NCBI GenBank assembly: GCA_013815775.1
Contig: JACDFN010000001.1
Span: 241,858 to 305,857 of the forward strand
Direction: 5' to 3'
DNA length: 64,000 bases
Origin: Candidatus Saccharimonadota bacterium
Lineage (GTDB): Bacteria > Patescibacteriota > Saccharimonadia > Saccharimonadales > UBA10212
Shown here: piece after piece, positions 57,151 to 64,000 of the stretch
How the letters are laid out: each line of letters begins with the position of its first letter
Numbering within the stretch: position 1 is the first letter of the stretch
Made by a program: the position numbers and the translations under genes
The notes under the pieces: generated by a model
Databases searched by the model: none
Seen by the model: only the letters and a program-made list of their open reading frames with translations
Told to the model about the DNA's origin: nothing

Positions 57151-57222
57151 AGTTTTACTACTTTGGCGGTCCAAAGTAGAGATTTGTTTGATAACACTTT
57201 ACTAAAGTGAGAAAATCTTAGA

Positions 57223-57876
57223 ATGAAGATTCAAATTATTAGCTTATTTCCGGAGATGTTTGAGGGCGTGCTTGGCAGCAGCATGCTCTGGAAAGCCCAG
57301 AAAAACAAACTCGTAAATTACGAACTTATAAATTTACGAGATTTTGGAATCGGTCCCCGCCGTACTGTCGATGATATACCATACGGCGGCGGCGACGGCA
57401 TGGTACTTAAACCTGAGCCTCTATTCGCAGCAGTTGAACACGCCAAGAAAGTAGACCCCTTGGCTAACGTCATATTAATGACCCCGCGCGGAAATAAACT
57501 TAGGCAATCCACGGCCCAAGAACTAGCGATACAAAAAGGGCTTATTATTATTTGTGGCCGTTACGAGGGTTATGATGAGCGCATTACGGAGCTAGTTGAT
57601 TTACAACTCTCGATCGGTGACTATATCCTTACTGGCGGCGAGCTTCCAGCCATGATAGTAGTAGATTCGATGGTCAGATTAATTCCTGGTGTGCTTGGAG
57701 GTGAAACTAGTACCGAATTAGAAAGTTTTACGGACCCAGAGACGATCGAACACCCGCACTATACTCGGCCCGAAAACTTTCAAGGAAGACAGGTTCCAAA
57801 AGTATTACTGGGCGGAAACCATTCCGAGATAGAAGCGTGGCGCCATAGCCAACAAAAAAAGACTTCAAGTGACTAA
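57223..57876 (+). CDS. trmD: tRNA (guanine37-N1)-methyltransferase
   Basis: VDDIPYGGGDGMVL, CGRYEG, SIGDYILTGGE, YTRP. Confidence 0.97.
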   Translation: MKIQIISLFPEMFEGVLGSSMLWKAQKNKLVNYELINLRDFGIGPRRTVDDIPYGGGDGMVLKPEPLFAAVEHAKKVDPLANVILMTPRGNKLRQSTAQELAIQKGLIIICGRYEGYDERITELVDLQLSIGDYILTGGELPAMIVVDSMVRLIPGVLGGETSTELESFTDPETIEHPHYTRPENFQGRQVPKVLLGGNHSEIEAWRHSQQKKTSSD

Positions 57877-57938
57877 TAACAACTTGCCAGTTGAAGTCAA
57901 AAAGATTATAAAAAGGGGATAACCTAAGGAGGAGAAAA

Positions 57939-58439
57939 ATGAAGAAAATAGACAACCGTTCAAGGCAGTGGAAAGTTAGCACAGTTGATCCTCCCATGCT
58001 AACTCGCCAAGAGTGGGTTATGGCAAATCTGCTGGGCGGACTATTTATTCTTACGGCACTTCTACAGCTAATAAGTTTTGGCGAATTTGCTGACATACTA
58101 AAGCCAATGGGATTGCCCGGTCCCGGGGTCTGGGCTGCTGCGGCAATAGGGGCCGAGCTTCTAGCCGCGGCTAGTTTATTCCGGCTAAAGCTTAGCTACC
58201 TTTTTCGTTTAGTGGCTGGCGCTTCTGCTCTTTTGGTAAGCGGTTTTTGGTTTGTCTTGTCTGCTCAGAACCTAGCCACAGGCAGAGAGCAACTACCCAG
58301 TAGCGGATTGTTTGGTGGTTTCTTTAACCAATCGCCGGGATGGTGGGTAATAGTAGAGGTAACGGTGCTTATGTTTTCCACAATCTATGTAGTGGCCTTA
58401 ACTCGCTACATTATAGTTACTCCCCTAAAACGTAAATAA
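57939..58439 (+). CDS. membrane protein (MauE/DoxX-like topology)
   Basis: Four TM helices, SD AAGGAGG. Confidence 0.65.
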   Translation: MKKIDNRSRQWKVSTVDPPMLTRQEWVMANLLGGLFILTALLQLISFGEFADILKPMGLPGPGVWAAAAIGAELLAAASLFRLKLSYLFRLVAGASALLVSGFWFVLSAQNLATGREQLPSSGLFGGFFNQSPGWWVIVEVTVLMFSTIYVVALTRYIIVTPLKRK

Positions 58440-58452
58440 AGGAGAATCCCTC

Positions 58453-59049
58453 ATGTTTAAGTTACCAGAACTTGGTTATAGCTTTGATGCGCTTGAACCG
58501 CACATCGACAAAGAAACCATGCAAATACACTACGGCAAACACCATCAGGCTTACGTGGATAAGCTAAACGATGCAATTGTCAATCATAACGATTTACTAG
58601 ATAAACCAATTGAAGAATTATTAACTAACACTAACGCAGCTGCGGAAAACATTCGACAAGCCGTTATTAATAATGCTGGTGGCCACCACAACCACAGTTT
58701 GTTTTGGGAAACCATGAGGCCAACTTCGTCTCATGACTCCCATTCACATTTGGCTGAAGCCCTTAAGAAAACTTTTGGCAGCCTAGAGAACTTCAAGGCC
58801 AAGTTTACTGACGTGGCAGTTGGTCGATTTGGCTCAGGTTGGGCCTGGCTGGTAGACGAGGGCGGCAAACTCGAGGTTTACTCAACAGCTAATCAGGATA
58901 GTCCTTTGACGGAGGGGAAGAATCCTATATTAGGCCTAGATGTTTGGGAGCACGCTTATTATTTAAAATATCAAAATAAAAGGCCGGACTATATAGCAGC
59001 GTTTTGGAATGTCGTTAATTGGGACGCTGTCGGTACTAGAATTACTTAA
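58453..59049 (+). CDS. sodA: Fe/Mn superoxide dismutase
   Basis: [35 protein letters not shown]. Confidence 0.95.
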   Translation: MFKLPELGYSFDALEPHIDKETMQIHYGKHHQAYVDKLNDAIVNHNDLLDKPIEELLTNTNAAAENIRQAVINNAGGHHNHSLFWETMRPTSSHDSHSHLAEALKKTFGSLENFKAKFTDVAVGRFGSGWAWLVDEGGKLEVYSTANQDSPLTEGKNPILGLDVWEHAYYLKYQNKRPDYIAAFWNVVNWDAVGTRIT

Positions 59050-59120
59050 CACGTGAAGTATTCCTAAAGAGGAGTTCGTTCATTAACGGCTCAAATTAAG
59101 CTATAATAACCTAGTATTAT

Positions 59121-59194
59121 TGGGACGTGGCCAAGCGGTAAGGCACTGGGTTCTGGTCCCAGGATCGTAGGTTCGAATCCTACCGTCCCAGCCA
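59121..59194 (+). tRNA. tRNA-Gln(CTG)
   Basis: CTGGG-TTCTGGT-CCCAG, GTTCGAATC, GCCA end. Confidence 0.95.
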
Positions 59195-59253
59195 GTTTAG
59201 ATTTAATTTAGTCCCGACTCTGGAAAATTCAGGCTTGGTTTAGGGTTGGATTA

Positions 59254-59631
59254 TTATGAAAGCTGTGTCTTTTGCCTGGAATTGCTGATAAAGTACACGC
59301 CTAGGCCCGCTACGCCGAGCGAAAGATGAATCAGGTTGTCCAGCAGGCTGTAGTCGTGACGCAAAAAGCCTAGCAAGCCAGGCGAAATAACCCCAGCGAT
59401 ACCCACGAATAAGTACACTGCTCCTAGCAGTCCAACAACAGTGGAAGCCACTTTTTCGGACTTTTTAAAACCAACCAATGCCATTAACCCGCCGCTAAAC
59501 AGGTGGATTAGGTCTTCCTGAATATCAATGTTTAGTATGCCCAGCAGTGGTTCTTCGCCCAACGCGAAACCGAGCGCGGCGATAATTAGTAAAGTCACCC
59601 CTACAATTTGGGCGTATTTTTTAGCTCTCAT
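59254..59631 (-). CDS. DUF4383-like membrane protein
   Basis: DLIHLFSG...GAVYL...DNLIHLSLG. Confidence 0.75.
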   Translation of the reverse strand: MRAKKYAQIVGVTLLIIAALGFALGEEPLLGILNIDIQEDLIHLFSGGLMALVGFKKSEKVASTVVGLLGAVYLFVGIAGVISPGLLGFLRHDYSLLDNLIHLSLGVAGLGVYFISNSRQKTQLS

Positions 59632-59646
59632 ATTATTAGCCTTTCT

Positions 59647-60873
59647 TCATTTAGTTAATTCTTTAGCGATGACGCGCGGAATCGACATTACCGGTTTAAG
59701 ACGCATAGAGTTGAAAACTGGTGCCCAGGGATTAGCCTGCTTGGTTATCAAATCATGCAGAATCGTGCCGGCGACCATACTGGTGCTAAGCCCCCACTTT
59801 TTAAACCCAGTCGCCACGTACATGTGAGAAGACCACGGATACAACTTGCCGATTAAGGGAATATCATCATAGGCCAGGTAGTCCATACCTTTCCAGCGGT
59901 AGGAAATTGACTTAGCCCCAAAGTGTTTTTCGGCGTAGTCTGCTAGTTGCTGGTGCCGCCTGGTGGGACTGCCTAAACCCGGGATGTGGTTTTGGCCGCC
60001 AATTAAAAGCAGCCGCTCAGCTCCCATTTCTACTGGCAAAATCGAGTAGTGGTCTTCGTCCGGAGAAATATACATGCCGGTTAGACTTTTTTCTAGGGGC
60101 GCGGCCACGATGTATGAAGTGTGCGGGTATTCCAAGGCAGCGTAGGCGCCACGGGCGATAAGTGGGAAGGCCGGTATTTTCGAGGCTATGATGATGTCTT
60201 TGGCGATTACGTCGGCGTGTTTTGTGCGGACTTTGCCAGGCGTGCCATCTCTCATACCTACCGCGTTGCTGCGCTCGAAGACATAGCTGCCCTGTCCATT
60301 CACGGCTGCTGCCAGCCCCTGCATATATTTTTGAATGTGGAATTTAGCTTGATTCGCGAACTTTACCGCACCCTTAACTTTAAATGGCAAGGTTAGCCGG
60401 GTCTCAAAACTGGCTGGCAATCCCAGGCCGGCTGCTAGCGCCGCCTCTTTTTTGAACTTGGCAAGCTGCTGAGGATCGGCGGTAAATACGAAGTTATCAT
60501 CACGCTGCCAATCGCAATCTATCTTTTCTTTATGAATAAGCTGCTCAATGCGTTCCAGGGCCGTTTGGTTAGCCTCACCATATATTCGCGCCGTCTTTTT
60601 ACCGTGGTGTTTGCTCAAATCTGTATAAGTAAGGCCGTGTTGGGAAGTAACTTTACCCGTTGTCTTACTGGATGTGCCGCTGCCAATCGTATTTTTCTCA
60701 AGAACGGCTACTTTTTGTCCCGATTGCTTCAGCAAATGAGCAGCCGTAAGCCCGGTGATACCGCCTCCCACAATTACCACATCGACACTCAAATCTTCTT
60801 GTATTTGCTCGTAACTGGGGCCAGAAACACTATTTTTCCAGTAGGATAGTTCATCATTGGGGAGCTTTAACAT
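59647..60873 (-). CDS. FAD-dependent oxidoreductase (DAO family, YhfW-like, no Rieske domain)
   Basis: VGGGITG, TTGKVTSQHG, DDIPLIG, ATGFKKWG. Confidence 0.85.
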   Translation of the reverse strand: MLKLPNDELSYWKNSVSGPSYEQIQEDLSVDVVIVGGGITGLTAAHLLKQSGQKVAVLEKNTIGSGTSSKTTGKVTSQHGLTYTDLSKHHGKKTARIYGEANQTALERIEQLIHKEKIDCDWQRDDNFVFTADPQQLAKFKKEAALAAGLGLPASFETRLTLPFKVKGAVKFANQAKFHIQKYMQGLAAAVNGQGSYVFERSNAVGMRDGTPGKVRTKHADVIAKDIIIASKIPAFPLIARGAYAALEYPHTSYIVAAPLEKSLTGMYISPDEDHYSILPVEMGAERLLLIGGQNHIPGLGSPTRRHQQLADYAEKHFGAKSISYRWKGMDYLAYDDIPLIGKLYPWSSHMYVATGFKKWGLSTSMVAGTILHDLITKQANPWAPVFNSMRLKPVMSIPRVIAKELTK

Positions 60874-60922
60874 AGCCCTAGTCTATCTTGAACTAAAGCG
60901 ACAGTTAGCGAAATATTTCACA

Positions 60923-61237
60923 CTATAAAGCTTTTAATCCAGGGCCCCGGTAGTTAAGCGCTTGAGTTTTATTGTACCGGTTACGCCAATTAATGTGCTC
61001 TTTTTCCAGTTCTGCTATTTCATTAGCCCTTTCTTCGGTTAGTATTGCAACCTTCTGCTCAAAAATAGCCTGACGAGCTGCTTTCCATCCGTGCCTTGTG
61101 CCGTATGACTGCGCAGTAGATTCAGAAATGCCGTAACGATGGGCAACCAATGAATAACTTACATTTACTCCGCTCATGTAAGAAATTTTTGCGAACCAGA
61201 TGTAGTTTGGATGTACCAGACCCACGTTCCCAGCCAG
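60923..61237 (-). pseudogene. HTH fragment resembling a phage terminase small subunit N-terminus
   Basis: YMSGVNVSYSLVAHRYGISESTAQSYGTRHGW; frame runs through the att repeat and hits TGA just outside it. Confidence 0.5.
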
Positions 61238-61298
61238 TATTTTTCACAGACTACTTAAAACTGCTTTGAGTACAATGCTAGGGCAGTAAGGAGTAGTA

Positions 61299-61913
61299 AT
61301 GGCAAATAAGATACGCTCATCTGAAAAGTCACTCGAACCTTTAATTGATGTTTTCGAGGCAATTAGGCGGGCTATGATTCGCCACGGTCGTTTTCGACAA
61401 AAGCCAAAAACTAGAATCTCTACTTCTTCGGGGGCTGACACTAAGACTGCCGTCGCAGATAAACATACCGACCAATCTAAGGCTGAAGCTAAAGAAAACG
61501 GGCCTGATGAACTAGTAGATGTAACCGAAAAGGCTCACGAGATACTTTTCAAAGGTGATACAGTTTTCCCTTTTAACCTTTTTCCGGATACCATCACACT
61601 CGATAGAGAAAAGATTACTATCGCCAAGCGCTTCTTTTTCTCTGTTGCTAAAATTACCAGTGTGCCGGTTCGGGACATTTTAAGCGTCGAGGCCGATATA
61701 GGCCCTTTTTTCGGCTCTATACATATAGCTTCGAGGTATTTTGTAACTAACCCATCTGTCGTTACTTTTTTATGGCGAAAAGACACCCTACGATTACAGC
61801 GCTTACTGCAGGGCTATATTATTGCTCATGAGCGGAAACTAGATTGTTCTAACATTCCTACAGATGAACTAATAAAGATATTAGACGATCTTGGTCAAGG
61901 CGACACCGATTAA
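61299..61913 (+). CDS. hypothetical protein (bacterial PH-like domain)
   Basis: FPFNLFPDTITLDREKITI...DILSVE...FFGSI. Confidence 0.65.
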   Translation: MANKIRSSEKSLEPLIDVFEAIRRAMIRHGRFRQKPKTRISTSSGADTKTAVADKHTDQSKAEAKENGPDELVDVTEKAHEILFKGDTVFPFNLFPDTITLDREKITIAKRFFFSVAKITSVPVRDILSVEADIGPFFGSIHIASRYFVTNPSVVTFLWRKDTLRLQRLLQGYIIAHERKLDCSNIPTDELIKILDDLGQGDTD

Positions 61914-61939
61914 AGTAAGTAACGTGACCTATAGTTGCG

Positions 61940-63193
61940 CTATTTTTTATCAGAGGGGCTTGCCATAGTATCTGCGTTAGTGCGCAGGGCACGGCTTTTC
62001 AATAAGAAAGGTACAGACAGTACTTGTATTACGCCGCCAATAGCAAGCGATGTGCCATAGCTCCAGACATCAGCTGCACGACCAAGTGCTGGTTGAATTA
62101 CAACACCACCGCTGCTGCCAATAAGCGAATCGAACGACAATACGGTGGCCCTCTGTTTAGAAGGAATAAGGCCGTTTAAGTAAGCTTGCCGTATCGGTAT
62201 GCTTGCTGCATACATTAACCCCCATAAAGCCAACAGCACTAATGCAGCCATAAAGTTATTTACAAAACCAAGCACTACTAATGCGGTAGAGCTAATAATT
62301 GCCCCCAAAATAAGGGCCGATGTACGGCGGTGGAACAAGCCCCTAATTTTAGGCGCAAAGTAACCTCCCAAAATCTGAGAACCGGCCACTATTGCCGCGG
62401 CCAAACCAGCCACCGAGTAAGCCTCAGGGTTACCGTAAAGATCAAGTAGGAATGGCTGGAGAGCATAAAAGGTATAGAAACCTACGCCGGATATAAATGG
62501 TGCGGAGAGCATTATCCAGCGTACGGGAGGGTTCCTGAGCCCATGGTCGAGGGATGTAATGAACACTTTTTTGGTTGCTTGGAGTGGTTTTTGCCTAGAT
62601 TCAGGCTTAAAGCCCAAATCTTTCATAAGTGTGTAAGCCACCATAAACATTAAACCGAGTACGACAACTCGTATCAAAAAAGGAACTCCAAGCGAGGTAG
62701 CTTGGGCAATAACTCCGCCAGCCACTGACCCGCCAAGCATTGCTGCTCCGCTAACCATTTGAGCTCGGCCGAATACGGCTTCTAAATTGCCCTTAAAATT
62801 AGCGAAGTGCAAGGCATCGACTAGCCATGCCTCTACTGCTCCCGAAAAAAACGTAAAACCAAGCCCAAGCAGCGCTGAGACAACCGCCCATTGCCAAAAC
62901 GGAGCATGGAGCTGCCAAAGAAAGTAGTATAAGAGGGTGGAGCCGGCTAAAGTTATAGTTCCCAGAAGATAGGATGTCCTCCTACCCCACGTATCAGCGA
63001 TTACTCCGGTGGGAACCTCAAAAATCACCATACCTGCCGTAAAGAACGCGTTGGCAGCGAAAGCCTCTAAATTACTTAGCCCTGCATCTAGCAAAAAAAG
63101 CGTATTTATTCCCCAAATAAAGGAAGCCGCTAAAGTATTACCAAGAGTGAGTATTAAATATGTGCGCTGGGTACGGCGCGCCAGCTGATTCAT
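61940..63193 (-). CDS. MFS transporter
   Basis: FEVPTGVIADTWGRR motif A, about 12 TMs. Confidence 0.92.
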   Translation of the reverse strand: MNQLARRTQRTYLILTLGNTLAASFIWGINTLFLLDAGLSNLEAFAANAFFTAGMVIFEVPTGVIADTWGRRTSYLLGTITLAGSTLLYYFLWQLHAPFWQWAVVSALLGLGFTFFSGAVEAWLVDALHFANFKGNLEAVFGRAQMVSGAAMLGGSVAGGVIAQATSLGVPFLIRVVVLGLMFMVAYTLMKDLGFKPESRQKPLQATKKVFITSLDHGLRNPPVRWIMLSAPFISGVGFYTFYALQPFLLDLYGNPEAYSVAGLAAAIVAGSQILGGYFAPKIRGLFHRRTSALILGAIISSTALVVLGFVNNFMAALVLLALWGLMYAASIPIRQAYLNGLIPSKQRATVLSFDSLIGSSGGVVIQPALGRAADVWSYGTSLAIGGVIQVLSVPFLLKSRALRTNADTMASPSDKK

Positions 63194-63297
63194 GGCTTTA
63201 ATTGTAGCAGGCTGAGGTAATTTATTAGTAAATATATCCCCTTGACTAAGATGATGATTAGCCATAAGCTTTAAGTGTATTTAAATAGGAATAAAAA

Positions 63298-63864
63298 ATG
63301 AATAAACTCTTTATTAAACGTGTAATTTTCAGTGCTGCTGGTCTAGCTTTACTGGCAACAGGTGGACTAGTTCTATCTGGTGGCGGTTCGGCTTACGCCC
63401 AGGATACCGACAACGAGGTGGGTCAGCCAAAAACTGCGGAACAGCGAAAGGCCAAGCTAGACGCAAATAAGTTACGAGTTTGTGAGAAGCGAGAAGCATC
63501 CATCAATAAAATCATGCAGCGTATTGCCACGAGAGGCGAGAAGCAAATTGGCGTATTTAACAAAATCTCAGAGAGAACCCAGGCGTTTTACGTTAAAAAA
63601 GAAAGAACTCTAAGCAATTACGACGCATTGGTAGCAGATGTTAATGCTAAGAAAGTTGCCGCAGAGACTGCACTGGCCGAAATTAAAGCGACTATTGTAG
63701 ATTTTAAATGTGATGGCACTGACCCACACGGAAAAAGCCAATTGTTTAAAGATAACCTGAAAAAAGAAATTGCAGCCCTAAAAGACTATAAGACAGCCGT
63801 AAAGAATTTAATCAGGGGCGTTAAATCGGCAAATTCAAGCTCAACCAAAGAAGAGAGTCAATAA
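63298..63864 (+). CDS. secreted coiled-coil protein
   Basis: Signal peptide ending AYA, helical Lys-rich body, two Cys. Confidence 0.75.
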   Translation: MNKLFIKRVIFSAAGLALLATGGLVLSGGGSAYAQDTDNEVGQPKTAEQRKAKLDANKLRVCEKREASINKIMQRIATRGEKQIGVFNKISERTQAFYVKKERTLSNYDALVADVNAKKVAAETALAEIKATIVDFKCDGTDPHGKSQLFKDNLKKEIAALKDYKTAVKNLIRGVKSANSSSTKEESQ

Positions 63865-64000
63865 TGAAGACATATCATAAACAATCCGGAATGGCTGGTT
63901 TGGAAATATTGCTCATAGCAGCAGTAGTAGGACTGATTGGATTTGTGGGTTATAGGGTTTACGACTCGGGAAGAACAGTGGACGATCAATATAATAAAAA
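63864..64000 (+). CDS. prepilin-like protein (3'-truncated)
   Basis: MKTYHKQSG/MAGLEILLIAAVVGLIGFVGYRVY: G-1 and E+5 class III signal peptide. Confidence 0.65.
   Translation, partial: MKTYHKQSGMAGLEILLIAAVVGLIGFVGYRVYDSGRTVDDQYNK

Larger units (their letters stand above)
59186..61238. mobile_element. putative integrase-less islet at tRNA-Gln
   Basis: TCCCAGCCAGT occurs at both 59186-59196 (tRNA end) and 61228-61238. Confidence 0.55.

Overview
A 64-kb chromosomal segment from a small-genome bacterium using standard code 11. It is most likely Patescibacteria/CPR (Saccharimonadia-like); this is inferred from the short AlaS lacking C-Ala, the PaaX/Cas2-like regulator, the FtsA-like/baseplate-J-like pair and compact intergenic spacing. 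Most of the window is housekeeping: mnmA, alaS, obgE, sbcB, uvrA/C, rplY, secG, ligA, murF, ddl, leuS, rpmF, nusB, rnc, rpsP, trmD, sod, plus 10 tRNA genes. An accessory zone spans about 23.1-35.6 kb. The most striking structure is at the 3' end of tRNA-Gly(GCC): two tandem integrase-less cargo cassettes (28201-31049 and 31050-32669). Each starts with a copy of the tRNA CCA end fused to a start-less 37-codon C-terminal gene tail under clear coding selection, and has inverted att arms with serine-recombinase geometry. All cargo genes (metal/thiol-redox functions) are co-oriented with the tRNA, and the only obvious terminator lies at the far end, which suggests an integron-like, tRNA-anchored cassette array. 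A similar scar bounds a 2-kb islet at tRNA-Gln(CTG). Other highlights are a 56-bp direct repeat flanking an AbrB-ABC transporter module, three candidate structured RNAs (44083-44191, 35416-35533, 56980-57150), a GC-rich foreign-looking gene, a CsoR-type copper operon with its operator, and several small ORFs missed by the ORF track. No CRISPR array, rRNA, transposase or intact integrase was seen. All family calls are from motif recognition; no database searches were run.
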